From the NCBI GenBank assembly GCA_041572575.1, contig JBFFSH010000041.1, positions 1 to 21,295 on the forward strand: a stretch of 21,295 nucleotides of DNA, written 5' to 3'. The stretch is from Thermodesulfobacteriota bacterium. GTDB taxonomy: Bacteria; Desulfobacterota_D; UBA1144; Nemesobacterales; N074bin48. The translations under genes and the position numbers were made by a program. Below the pieces are notes generated by a model, which saw only the letters and a program-made list of their open reading frames with translations, was not told the DNA's origin and did no database searches. Below are positions 1 to 9,158 of this stretch, piece by piece. How positions within the stretch are numbered: the stretch's first letter is position 1; every line of letters begins with the position of its first letter.

Positions 1-1
1 A

Positions 2-118
2 TACAATGGAATTGACAGAAAACACTTTGTTTTGTATCTAAAAGAGATGGAATTTAGATTTAATAACAGAAATGTAGATTTAGTTAATAAAATAAAGGAG
101 ATTCTGCATTACTTATAG
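2..118 (+). CDS. IS1595-family DDE transposase, 3' fragment (not in ORF track)
   Basis: Manual translation from nt 2: YNGIDRKHFVLYLKEMEFRFNNRNVDLVNKIKEILHYL*. It matches the IS1595 C-terminal pattern GxxxxHxxLYLxExxFRFNxR. Confidence 0.85.
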   Translation, partial: YNGIDRKHFVLYLKEMEFRFNNRNVDLVNKIKEILHYL

Positions 119-120
119 CT

Positions 121-138
121 CTGTTCTATGCGAGCTCC
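121..138. repeat. Terminal inverted repeat (IRR) of the IS
   Basis: CTGTTCTATGCGAGCTCC; reverse complement GGAGCTCGCATAGAACAG versus GGAGCTCGCATAGGACAG at 21159-21176. Confidence 0.85.
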
Positions 139-145
139 AAATATA

Positions 146-949
146 TTATTTATTCGGTTTATCAAAATCCTCTTTCTTAAAGCTGTTATCAAATTTAATA
201 TCACTCATTATTTCCAGCATCCAATTATCTTCTAATAAATCTCCGTTCCAGTTGGATTTTATTAATTTTCTTTTTACAGGAAGTTTAATCCCATCCATTT
301 GTTCATATTCCACGAGCATTAAGTAAGGATCTGTAATATTAAAGTCCATCACAGTAAACAAGAACTGGTCCACTAATTTGGTGTTTGGATTAATATAGAG
401 AAGGTATGTATCCGACACATCTCCGACACCTGTTTCAAATGTAATTTTAACAAGCTCATAGTTAATTCCATTTACCAACTTAGTACCTTCATATGAATAA
501 TTTATCCCGGGATCTAAAAGCTTCTGCATCATGGCAAACCAGTAGAAATTGGTCTTTCTTAAAAAGTCTGAGAGTTTGATAGCCATCGGATCATCAATAA
601 GCTTGCCGTCAATTGTAATCCAGGACTCTTTTCCATTGTACCCTTGTATAATTTCTCCCTTTTTATCCGGAAACACATGCATTTCATGCCTAACATACTT
701 TGCCCATGATAACTCTCCATTGAAGATATATCTTTCTTTTGATATATCCTGCGCACCAGTGGCGCTATCGCTGGTAGTATATGTATACGCCACATCGACT
801 AATGAGCTTAACTTTTCATAGCTGCCGGTTCTAGATACCACTTCTACTATTAATTGCTTTGGATCTTTAGACTTATCTGAATTGTCTACTGCTAACACCA
901 AATTTGTAGCAAATAATACAGGTAAAAAGAAATAAATTATCTTATTCAA
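146..949 (-). CDS. Secreted/periplasmic protein of unknown function (DUF6503-like, possibly LolA-like fold)
   Basis: 267-aa ORF, TTG start with GAGGA SD 6 nt upstream, N-terminal signal peptide, motifs QGYNGKESW, NFYWFAM, DPG, VKITF, DTYLLYINP. Confidence 0.7.
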   Translation of the reverse strand: MNKIIYFFLPVLFATNLVLAVDNSDKSKDPKQLIVEVVSRTGSYEKLSSLVDVAYTYTTSDSATGAQDISKERYIFNGELSWAKYVRHEMHVFPDKKGEIIQGYNGKESWITIDGKLIDDPMAIKLSDFLRKTNFYWFAMMQKLLDPGINYSYEGTKLVNGINYELVKITFETGVGDVSDTYLLYINPNTKLVDQFLFTVMDFNITDPYLMLVEYEQMDGIKLPVKRKLIKSNWNGDLLEDNWMLEIMSDIKFDNSFKKEDFDKPNK

Positions 950-1061
950 AGTTAGTCCTCGATGTGTATGGTTATTAACACTTAATATAATTATAACTCA
1001 ATTATATCATTTGTTTCGTCTAAATCTGGCTCATTCTCTTCTCTACTTATCATTAAAAACC

Positions 1062-2093
1062 TTACTTAGCCATCAGTTTTTCATAACCCCCTAAAGTAGT
1101 TATCCAATCGGATAGGTCAGCCAAACCTTCATCAAACCCAATACTAGGCTTATATCCTAAATCCTTTTTAGCATTTTTTATAGAATATGTCCTGCTCCCT
1201 GCAATAGCAGCAACGGCAAATCTAGTTACTACAGGCGGCTTTGTCATTCCTGCTATTCTATATGATAGTTCGAGCAGACTGGCTATGGCATATCCAAGCT
1301 TATAAGGTATAAACATTTTTGGTGACCACTCTATTCCGGATGCTTTAAGAAGCATTGATATAAATTCGATATGATTAATGCTTCTTCCATCGTTTATAAA
1401 ATATATATTCCCCGATGATTTATCTGAATTAGCAGCCAGCACTGTGCCATCAATAAGATTGTCTATATGACACGGTGAAACTAACCCCTTACCATCTCCT
1501 GCAGGTATTAGCATGCCTTTATGAGCAGCTTTTAATATCCTTGGAAGTATTACAGTATCCCCTGCTCCCCAAACCCCTGAAGGTCTTATTACAGTAGTTT
1601 TCAAACCATTTCTATTATTATATGATAAAACCAGTTTCTCAGCCATGGATTTTGATTCATTATAATAATCATTATAGGTATCAGGATATGGATAGCTCTC
1701 GTCTATATCTAATATTTTGTGGACATCCCAAAAATCAGATCTCCAGACAACGCTTGATGTACTCAAATAAACAAACTTTTTAACTCCCTCACTTATAGAT
1801 TGATCTAGTAAGGCTTTTGTGGCTTCAAAGTTATATCTAATAAAATCTTCTTTTTTTCCAAAATCTGACACAAATGCTGCCAGATGAAAAACTGTATCTG
1901 ATCCTTTTACAAAATTTTGAAAAGAGTTAAAATCCCCTAAATCACCATAAATCTTTTCAACTTCTAAGTTTTTTAGGTTATCGAGATTGCTTGTTTTACG
2001 AACCAAACACTTTATCTCGTGATTTTCTTCTGCTAATTTCTTTAAAAGTTTACCGCCTATAAATCCTGTAGCGCCTGTTATAGATATATTCAT
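1062..2093 (-). CDS. NAD(P)-dependent extended SDR, 3beta-hydroxysteroid dehydrogenase/OleD-like
   Basis: TGATGFIG Rossmann motif, VFHLAA, YLSTSSV, catalytic YNESK, IRPSGVWGAGD. Confidence 0.85.
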   Translation of the reverse strand: MNISITGATGFIGGKLLKKLAEENHEIKCLVRKTSNLDNLKNLEVEKIYGDLGDFNSFQNFVKGSDTVFHLAAFVSDFGKKEDFIRYNFEATKALLDQSISEGVKKFVYLSTSSVVWRSDFWDVHKILDIDESYPYPDTYNDYYNESKSMAEKLVLSYNNRNGLKTTVIRPSGVWGAGDTVILPRILKAAHKGMLIPAGDGKGLVSPCHIDNLIDGTVLAANSDKSSGNIYFINDGRSINHIEFISMLLKASGIEWSPKMFIPYKLGYAIASLLELSYRIAGMTKPPVVTRFAVAAIAGSRTYSIKNAKKDLGYKPSIGFDEGLADLSDWITTLGGYEKLMAK

Positions 2094-2203
2094 ATTTTGA
2101 GCTCTAATTTAGCATATTTTATAGGATTTACTAATTATTATAGGAAATACTTTAACTAATACTTAAACTATCTACAATTTAACTTTATATATATTATACA
2201 ATA

Positions 2204-2232
2204 TTTACAATTGGTTAGCAGATATATATAAT
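2204..2232 (+). promoter_or_regulatory. sigma70-like promoter with no convincing sense gene downstream
   Basis: TTTACA (2204-2209), 17-nt spacer, TATAAT (2227-2232). The region is very AT-rich, so a chance match is possible. Confidence 0.35.
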
Positions 2233-2288
2233 GTATTACTTTAGATATATTACTTAAGCCATCAACAAGCTAGAAAATAGAAGCTCTA

Positions 2289-2305
2289 TTAAAGTAATAC
2301 TTTAA
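2289..2305. promoter_or_regulatory. Perfect 8-1-8 palindrome, possible operator
   Basis: TTAAAGTA-A-TACTTTAA. Confidence 0.3.
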
Positions 2306-2332
2306 GTATGATTTGTGATTGTAAAAATTTGC

Positions 2333-3217
2333 TTATTTTAACTTTTCCAGTGCAAGGATCAATGCCTGTGTACCTGATCTTCCATGACCAAGTCTTTCTA
2401 GATAATCATAAAGTTTATAAGCAAGTTCTAAACCATGGAGCTTTATGCCCATTTTTTTTGATTCATCGAGTGCAATCTTCATGTCTTTGATAAAATGCTC
2501 TACATAAAATCCTGGCTTAAAATCTCTTCTTACAATTCTGGGAGCTAGGTTTTCAAGCGTCCAGGATGTTGCAGCCCCCTTGGTTATGGAAGAGAGTACA
2601 GTTTCAATATCAAGCCCGGCCTTATGAGCATAAAGCAGTGTTTCACATGTTGAAACCATCACCCCCGCAACAGCAATTTGATTGCACATCTTTGTATGCT
2701 GTCCCGAGCCTGCTGGGCCCTGATAGACTATATACCTTCCCATGGTTTCAAACATAGGCATTATCATATCCACAGCAAACTTATCTCCGCCTACCATGAT
2801 CGAGAGCATTCCCTGTTTTGCACCAATATCCCCGCCCGACACAGGTGCATCTATTGCAGTAGATCCCATTTCTTTTGCTTTATTATATATCTCTACAGCA
2901 AGTGATGGCTCTGTAGTTGTCATATCTACAATAAATGACCCTTTATTAAGAGCTTGAAATACACCGTTATCTGAAAAATAAACATCCCTTACATCATCAG
3001 GATAACCAACTATTGAAAACACTACGTCAGAGCGTTTTGCTACATCTGCAGGCGAGTTTTGCCAAACTGCTCCCTTGTCAACAAGATTTTGAGCCTTGCT
3101 CTGTGTTCTGTTATAAACATGAACTTTGTACCCTGCATTTATTAGATGTCCGCACATGGACTCACCCATTACTCCTGTGCCAATCCACCCTATAGTTGAA
3201 TTTATATCAATGCTCAT
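2333..3217 (-). CDS. NAD(P)-dependent beta-hydroxyacid dehydrogenase (3-hydroxyisobutyrate dehydrogenase/tartronate semialdehyde reductase family)
   Basis: IGWIGTGVMG, DAPVSGGDIGA, GSGQHTKMCNQ, FxPGFxVEHFIKD motifs. Confidence 0.92.
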   Translation of the reverse strand: MSIDINSTIGWIGTGVMGESMCGHLINAGYKVHVYNRTQSKAQNLVDKGAVWQNSPADVAKRSDVVFSIVGYPDDVRDVYFSDNGVFQALNKGSFIVDMTTTEPSLAVEIYNKAKEMGSTAIDAPVSGGDIGAKQGMLSIMVGGDKFAVDMIMPMFETMGRYIVYQGPAGSGQHTKMCNQIAVAGVMVSTCETLLYAHKAGLDIETVLSSITKGAATSWTLENLAPRIVRRDFKPGFYVEHFIKDMKIALDESKKMGIKLHGLELAYKLYDYLERLGHGRSGTQALILALEKLK

Positions 3218-3305
3218 AAAAACCCCACAATAAATATGTGCTTAAAAATAGGAAAATAAGTAATATAAAAAAATCTACTACAAAGAAAGGAAAATGAAAA
3301 GTTTT

Positions 3306-3622
3306 TTATAAACTACGGCTAAGCATAGATAAGTAAATTGAGTTATACTCACTATTACTAACAGTAAGGCTAATACCCATCTCAAACTTATTTGTAAAAT
3401 AACACTGAGAGAGTCTTTTCACCTCACCTTCTAACTCAATTGGTTTGTTGAGATAGTAAACAAGCACTGTAACAGCAGTATTTTCGGGAATAGGATTGTC
3501 AGCTTTTACGGCAATACCATTTTCTGATATATTTGAAAGAGTTCCATCAAAATATGCCGGCTTAAGTAGCCATACTGCACTTTTTCTTCAAAAGGTATCC
3601 TATATGAGGTTCTTTGCTCCAC
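3306..3622 (-). pseudogene. Frameshifted stand-alone PilZ-domain gene (not in ORF track)
   Basis: GTG at 3622 gives MEQRTSYRIPFEEKVQYGYL. A second frame continues KPAYFDGTLSNISENGIAVKADNPIPENTAVTVLVYYLNKPIELEGEVKRL...FEMGISL...SMLSRSL* (TAA 3306-3308). The span is 317 nt, one short of a full frame. RxxxR and NxSxxG motifs are present. Confidence 0.85.
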
Positions 3623-3817
3623 CAATATCTGCCTTATTACTTATTGAGTATACTAAGAATATATAATACAAGACAATGGAATACAACCACATTTCAAGTT
3701 GAACGATAAAAACATGATAAAGTATTAAAGGAACATACAATTAATGCTTAAAAACTATTAATACTAAAGTTATTTAAATTATTATATGTTTTAATATTAG
3801 GTAATGCTTTCGATAAG

Positions 3818-4162
3818 TTAGGCTATCCTTGATAGATAGTTATAAATATTTGTCAGTTCTCCACTTGGGTTGGTAATTTTGATACCCATTTTATACTGGT
3901 TAGAGCTACTTTTACCTGATACCCAGGCAATTACTCCTTCAAGGTTAAGCGCTTTATTGCTGTGATCTAAGATAACATTAATTGGAGTTTTTTCTGGAAT
4001 AAAGTCTTGCGATTTTACTGATATACCCGTTTCTGATATATCATAAGAGACCGCTTCATAATAATCCTTTCCAGATTCACCAATTTGCGCTCTCTCCTGC
4101 AACTTTAATCTCAAAGATCCCCTACGCTCCATTTCTGACAATTTTAGATTATCCTCCCTCAT
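3818..4162 (-). CDS. Stand-alone PilZ-domain protein (c-di-GMP receptor)
   Basis: ERRGSLR (RxxxR), DISETG (DxSxxG), LEGVIAWV, MGIKI. The start could alternatively be TTG at 4141 or ATG at 4132. Confidence 0.88.
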   Translation of the reverse strand: MREDNLKLSEMERRGSLRLKLQERAQIGESGKDYYEAVSYDISETGISVKSQDFIPEKTPINVILDHSNKALNLEGVIAWVSGKSSSNQYKMGIKITNPSGELTNIYNYLSRIA

Positions 4163-4168
4163 GCTACT

Positions 4169-4196
4169 ACTATAGTCTATATGATCTTTTTGTCAA
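4169..4196 (-). promoter_or_regulatory. sigma70-type promoter for the PilZ gene
   Basis: Minus strand TTGACA (4196-4191), 16-nt spacer, TATAGT (4174-4169). Confidence 0.5.
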
Positions 4197-4374
4197 TAAT
4201 AATGTTTTAATTTAATTATGATATGTAACCACATCTAAATATAATAAATTTCAATCTTTAATATAACATAATATCAAAAAAAATATATTTAATAAATATA
4301 CTGAACATATTTAACATTCATTAATAAAAATTTTAATTGTTAGTAAGAATTTTTAACTTATATAATTTAAAATT

Positions 4375-5295
4375 CTATTTAATTAACCTGCCCTGTGTAT
4401 CTTGAACATTATTTGAGCTGTTTATAAGCCATGTGGATGCGCCAAGGATAAGTAACATTCCGGCTATTGTATAAAGCTCAAAAACAGCACTGAATAAAAC
4501 GAGATCATATATTGCTGAAAATCCTACCTTTGCATAGCCGGTGGATGACACAATAGAAGCTCTACCAAGAGCAAATGCCTTGGTCATTGTCAGCTGACCC
4601 AATGTACCGAATAGACCTATACCAACTAAATATAATATAATATGCCCCTGGAAATAGTTTTCATATGAATTTATGTCCCTAAATAAATACATAAACACTA
4701 TTGATCCCAAAGTAGCTGTCATTGAAAAATGTGTAACTATTGTCCTTGGATCAAGGTCTCTCAGTTTCCTAAGACATATCATAACAACAGCTCCTAAAAC
4801 AGATGCAACGAGAGTTACAAATACAGCAAAACTTCTTTGATCAAAATGTGGTTTTTCTATAAGCAATACACCAATAATGCTTAAAATAGTTACAGGTAGC
4901 AGGACCTTATTTAACTTTTCACCTAAAAGTACTACTGCCAGAAGAGCCACCCACACAGGACGTGTCTCAGTGATAGCAGATACGTCCGATACAGGCAGGT
5001 GAGTAAATGAATAAAATGTAGCAAGCATAGCTATGGTTCCTGTAAGGCTTCTAAGCCATAGCAGTTTTCTGGTTAGCAGTATAGGCGTATTACCTGATTT
5101 AGAAGCTAAAAAAAATACGAGAACAAATGAAAACAACATCCTGCAAAATGCAATAAATACCCAATCAACTTCCTTACCGAGTCTAAACGTCAGTGCACCC
5201 ATTGTTGCAAAACAAAACCCACCGGCAATCATATAGATTATTGCCTTGCGTTCTCCTTCAATGGTATATAGAAAATTAAATATCTTATGCTTCAT
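4375..5295 (-). CDS. DMT/EamA-family transporter
   Basis: 306 aa, about 10 hydrophobic segments, LRSLTG, PVWVALLAVVLLGE, GQLTMTKAF motifs. Confidence 0.88.
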   Translation of the reverse strand: MKHKIFNFLYTIEGERKAIIYMIAGGFCFATMGALTFRLGKEVDWVFIAFCRMLFSFVLVFFLASKSGNTPILLTRKLLWLRSLTGTIAMLATFYSFTHLPVSDVSAITETRPVWVALLAVVLLGEKLNKVLLPVTILSIIGVLLIEKPHFDQRSFAVFVTLVASVLGAVVMICLRKLRDLDPRTIVTHFSMTATLGSIVFMYLFRDINSYENYFQGHIILYLVGIGLFGTLGQLTMTKAFALGRASIVSSTGYAKVGFSAIYDLVLFSAVFELYTIAGMLLILGASTWLINSSNNVQDTQGRLIK

Positions 5296-5390
5296 AGGTA
5301 GGACATAAAATTATCGATTAAAATCACCTATATTACCTGCTGCAGGATTGTAGTTTAGGATATTTTTTGGAACGGTTGAAAAAATAAAAA

Positions 5391-6410
5391 TTATTTCATT
5401 GACTCATAGGTCTCAATATCTTTTAGAGCTTTATCATACAAACCTACTTTTTTGTACAATTTTGATCTCATCAAATAAAGAGGCCTGAAATCAGATTCTA
5501 TACTTAGTGCATCTGTATATAGTGAAATCGCTCCATGAAAGTCTTTGGATTTTTGCAGCGCTATGCCCTTATTAATATATGCAAGTGTAAAGTTAGGATG
5601 TAGTGATAATGCTTTATCATAGCTTTTAACAGCACTTACAATATCATTGAGATTTGAATATATGATACCCATATTGTTAAAAGCTTCGGGAAATTTGGAA
5701 TCAAGTTCTACAGCCTTACTTATTTCAGCAAGGGCTTTATCAAACTCCCCAGATTCTATGTGCATCGTAGCAATATAGTTATGCATCACAGCATACATGT
5801 TTTTATTTTTAACCTTATTTAAGAATACTCCGCTGTTAATTGAACTCTTCTCAATGCGCCTTGTAGTAATGTACTTTTCATCCGTTCTTATTTCACCAAG
5901 GGTGGTCTCCCAATAGAAATCCCCTTCGTTTACAGGATTTGACTTATTTATGGGATCATGCCTGCCGTCTGTATCCCAGAGAAGAGTGGTATGCTTTGGT
6001 AAGTTAACTATATAAATTGGAAATCCTATAACCTGGGCAATTGCATAATAGATAAGAGTATAATTATCACAGTCCAACTTTCCATTTACAAGACCATAGC
6101 TTAAAAAATCATTACTCTTGTAGTCATATCCCTGATTTAAAAGATCCATATATATGGTTTTAAATATTTCTTCAGTCTGCCAGCGCCTGTACTTCTCTCT
6201 TTTCTTTAGTACTTTTCTTGCATTATCAATTAGGATATCAAGTTTTCTGTAGGCCTGATCTTTTGAGACTAATTCAGGTTCTTTTGATATAATCTCATGT
6301 GCGAGGGTTTTATACTTAGGGCTATATTTGTTTTGAGAATAAAGATTAGAAGAAGTACAAATTAGAAATAATAATACAGCTGTAAAGAATATGATTTTTT
6401 TTAAATACAT
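5391..6410 (-). CDS. Secreted TPR protein with N-terminal transglutaminase-like (SirB1-type) domain
   Basis: Signal peptide; DCDNYTLIY...LPKH...YWETT as a putative Cys-His-Glu triad; C-terminal TPRs (AFNNMGIIY, AYINKGIAL). Confidence 0.75.
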   Translation of the reverse strand: MYLKKIIFFTAVLLFLICTSSNLYSQNKYSPKYKTLAHEIISKEPELVSKDQAYRKLDILIDNARKVLKKREKYRRWQTEEIFKTIYMDLLNQGYDYKSNDFLSYGLVNGKLDCDNYTLIYYAIAQVIGFPIYIVNLPKHTTLLWDTDGRHDPINKSNPVNEGDFYWETTLGEIRTDEKYITTRRIEKSSINSGVFLNKVKNKNMYAVMHNYIATMHIESGEFDKALAEISKAVELDSKFPEAFNNMGIIYSNLNDIVSAVKSYDKALSLHPNFTLAYINKGIALQKSKDFHGAISLYTDALSIESDFRPLYLMRSKLYKKVGLYDKALKDIETYESMK

Positions 6411-6431
6411 ATAAACAGATCATACCTGGGA

Positions 6432-7472
6432 TTAATTAACAAATTCCACTGTACTTTCATTCTTATTTCTTTTAGCCACCTGGCCGATTATAAAAGCTTT
6501 TTCATTTAACTTCTTTAACTGAGCAAGGATTTTAGAAGACTCTACAGAATCTACGACTATAACCATGCCAATTCCGCAATTGAATGTTCTTAAAAGCTCA
6601 GACGGTTCTACCATATCTGAATTCTGGATAAGCTTAATTATTGGAGGCCTTGTCCAAGATTTAGTATCAATCTGTACCTTTAATTTATCCGGTATTACCC
6701 TTGGAATATTATCAATTAACCCACCACCTGTAATATGGGCAATAGCCTTTAAATTGAATTTCTTATTTAAAGATTCAATCGTATTAACATATATTTTAGT
6801 AGGCGTTAGAAGCTCACTGCCAAGAGATTTCCTTAACGGTCTTGGTTTATCATACAATTTATATTTAAGCTTTTTTAGTAGCAAATTTCTTGCAAGTGAA
6901 TAGCCATTAGAATGAAGACCGCTTGATGCAAGGCCAATTAATACATCACCGTTTTTAACATTTTTACCGTCAATTATGTTTTTTTTATCAACTACACCAA
7001 CCACAAAACCAGCAATATCAAACTCGTCTTTTCTATATATATCTGGCATCTCTGCAGTTTCTCCACCTAATAGTACGCAGCCGCTCTGCCGGCATCCTTG
7101 TGCAATTCCTTTTACTATACTTGATGTTTGTTTAGGGTTTATTGAAGATGTTGCTATATAGTCGAGAAAAAAGAGAGGTTTTGCGCCGCATGTAATGAGA
7201 TCATTAACATTCATTGCTACAAGGTCAATACCTATAGTATCAAACCTTCCTGCCATAAATGCAATCTTTATTTTTGTACCAACACCATCAGCTGCGGACA
7301 CAAGATAAGGGTTCATATACCCTTTTGGAAAGGGGAAAAGCCCTGAGAATGAGCCAATCTGGCTAGTAAAACCTTTTGTATAGGTGCTTTTAACTATGGG
7401 TTTTATGATTTCAACAAACTCATTTCCGGCATCTATATTAACTCCGGAGTCCTTGTATGAAATCTTTGCCAT
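6432..7472 (-). CDS. purM: Phosphoribosylformylglycinamidine cyclo-ligase (AIR synthetase)
   Basis: SYKDSGVNID, DGVGTK, GIDLVAMNVND, GGETAEMP, SSGLHSNGYSL, HITGGG, TFNCGIG. Confidence 0.98.
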   Translation of the reverse strand: MAKISYKDSGVNIDAGNEFVEIIKPIVKSTYTKGFTSQIGSFSGLFPFPKGYMNPYLVSAADGVGTKIKIAFMAGRFDTIGIDLVAMNVNDLITCGAKPLFFLDYIATSSINPKQTSSIVKGIAQGCRQSGCVLLGGETAEMPDIYRKDEFDIAGFVVGVVDKKNIIDGKNVKNGDVLIGLASSGLHSNGYSLARNLLLKKLKYKLYDKPRPLRKSLGSELLTPTKIYVNTIESLNKKFNLKAIAHITGGGLIDNIPRVIPDKLKVQIDTKSWTRPPIIKLIQNSDMVEPSELLRTFNCGIGMVIVVDSVESSKILAQLKKLNEKAFIIGQVAKRNKNESTVEFVN

Positions 7473-7493
7473 ATATGTTGCTAAAACAATATG

Positions 7494-8081
7494 TTATTTG
7501 CTTACTACTGTGATGGATTCAATTACTATGTTTTCTGTAGGCACGTCCTGGTATCCTGTTTTTACTTCTGCAATAGCGTCTACCACTTCCATACCTTCGG
7601 TAACCTTACCAAAAACAGCATAACCATAGTCTCTGCTGCCATGATTTAGAAAGTCATTGTCTTTATGATTGATAAAAAACTGAGAAGTTGCACTATCTAC
7701 TACGCCTGTTCTTGCCATTGCAATTGATCCCCTTACGTTTGAAAGACCATTTTTAGCTTCATTCTTAATCGGATCTTTTGTAGGTTTTTGTTTCATGTCA
7801 GTAGTAAAACCACCACCCTGAATCATAAAGTTTTTAATTACCCTATGAAAAACAGTTCCATTGTAAAATCCGTCATTTACGTATGACAAGAAATTTTCAA
7901 CCGAAATAGGAGCTTTTTCTTTATCTAATTCTACAGTTATATCACCCTTGCTTGTTTTAATAAGTACCACAGGATTTCCTCCTTTCTTTACTTTATCTTC
8001 CGCTGCACTCTCAGCTACATTCACGTATGAACCTACAACTGCAATAACAATAAATAAAAATAATCTGGATAATAAACTCAT
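7494..8081 (-). CDS. ppiA: Periplasmic cyclophilin-type peptidyl-prolyl cis-trans isomerase
   Basis: Signal peptide, [37 protein letters not shown]. Confidence 0.92.
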   Translation of the reverse strand: MSLLSRLFLFIVIAVVGSYVNVAESAAEDKVKKGGNPVVLIKTSKGDITVELDKEKAPISVENFLSYVNDGFYNGTVFHRVIKNFMIQGGGFTTDMKQKPTKDPIKNEAKNGLSNVRGSIAMARTGVVDSATSQFFINHKDNDFLNHGSRDYGYAVFGKVTEGMEVVDAIAEVKTGYQDVPTENIVIESITVVSK

Positions 8082-8116
8082 ATAAATTCACCTTCCCTGT
8101 AATAAAAATTAAACTT

Positions 8117-8145
8117 AACTTATAGTATTGTTTAACTACTGTCAA
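8117..8145 (-). promoter_or_regulatory. sigma70-type promoter for the ppiA-purM-TPR run
   Basis: Minus strand TTGACA (8145-8140), 17-nt spacer, TAAGTT (8122-8117). Confidence 0.5.
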
Positions 8146-8155
8146 ACATAAAAGG

Positions 8156-8185
8156 TTGCAGTTAAAGTCTATTTAATGGTATAAA
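8156..8185 (+). promoter_or_regulatory. sigma70-type (extended -10) promoter for the LLM gene
   Basis: TTGCAG (8156-8161), 18-nt spacer, TATAAA (8180-8185) preceded by TG at 8177-8178; SD AAGGAG at 8201-8206. Confidence 0.45.
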
Positions 8186-8212
8186 TATTTAGCTATTCAT
8201 AAGGAGACTTAA

Positions 8213-9148
8213 ATGCCAAAAATTGATTTCGGAGTTATGCTCAGGCAGCAAAAAATTGAATTCAGCAGGATAAAAGAAACCGCTCAGCTATGTGATGACC
8301 TTGGATATCACTCGGTCTGGCTTTATGACCATATACTCGGTATGGGAGGGATAGAGGTAGATATATACGAAGCATGGACGCTCATGTCTTCACTCTGCTC
8401 GGTTACAAACGATATCAAGCTTGGAACCATGGTACTTTGCAACTCTTTCAGACCCCCAGCGCTACTTGCAAAAATGGGTGCTACCCTTGATGTAATAAGC
8501 GGAGGAAGGCTGGAATTTGCAATAGGCGCCGGATGGTTTGAGCCTGAATATACTTCTTATGGCTACGATTTTCCTAATACAAAAACAAGAATAGAACAGC
8601 TGGCAGAATCTGTGCAGATAATTAAAACTATGTGGACAGAACAAAACCCTACATTCAGTGGCAAGTATTACTCTATTAAAGATGCTTATTGTAATCCAAA
8701 ACCTCTGCAAACACCTCATCCACCCATACAGATTGGGGGTTCGGGAGAGAAACACTTATTAAGAGTGGTAGCAGAACATGCCGATGAATGGAACTGCCCT
8801 GCTACGGCTGCTGAGCATTTTGATTCTAAACTTAAGGCTCTGGAAGGTCACTGTGAGGATATTGGAAGAAATATTAAGGATATTGCACTCTCTCAGCAAA
8901 ATGTGTGCATAATTGTCGATAATCAAAATGATCTAGAAGATAAACTATCCTTTGGAAAGAAGAGATATGGATTTTTTGGAGATATCGAGAAATTTGGAAT
9001 TATAGGTACACCCGATGATTGCATAAAAAAAATTAACGAGAACTATGAAAAGGGAATAAAAAAATACACTATATTCTTTGCAGACATCATGAACCACGAT
9101 ACTCTAAACTACTTTGCTAAAGAAGTGATGTCAGAATTTAGAGATTGA
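8213..9148 (+). CDS. Luciferase-like (LLM-class) flavin- or F420-dependent oxidoreductase
   Basis: SVWLYDH, EAWTLM, LGTMVLCNSFRPPALLAKMGATLDVISGGRLEFAIGAGW, PPIQIGGSGE; strong SD. Confidence 0.92.
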   Translation: MPKIDFGVMLRQQKIEFSRIKETAQLCDDLGYHSVWLYDHILGMGGIEVDIYEAWTLMSSLCSVTNDIKLGTMVLCNSFRPPALLAKMGATLDVISGGRLEFAIGAGWFEPEYTSYGYDFPNTKTRIEQLAESVQIIKTMWTEQNPTFSGKYYSIKDAYCNPKPLQTPHPPIQIGGSGEKHLLRVVAEHADEWNCPATAAEHFDSKLKALEGHCEDIGRNIKDIALSQQNVCIIVDNQNDLEDKLSFGKKRYGFFGDIEKFGIIGTPDDCIKKINENYEKGIKKYTIFFADIMNHDTLNYFAKEVMSEFRD

Positions 9149-9158
9149 TATAGCTATA

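Larger units (their letters stand above)
1..138 (+). mobile_element. Right end of an IS1595-family (IS1016-like) insertion sequence, truncated by the window edge
   Basis: Transposase-like C-terminus at 2-118 followed by an 18-bp IR at 121-138 whose reverse complement matches 21159-21176 at 17/18 positions. Confidence 0.85.

Noticed and set aside
12..40. TTGACA-17-TATCTA promoter
   Set aside because: It lies inside the transposase coding fragment and the -10 lacks the conserved final T.
3555..3595. Programmed -1 frameshift in the PilZ pseudogene at GAAGAAAAAG
   Set aside because: It is not an in-frame X XXY YYZ heptamer, and alignment to the paralogue puts the break about 20 nt further downstream.
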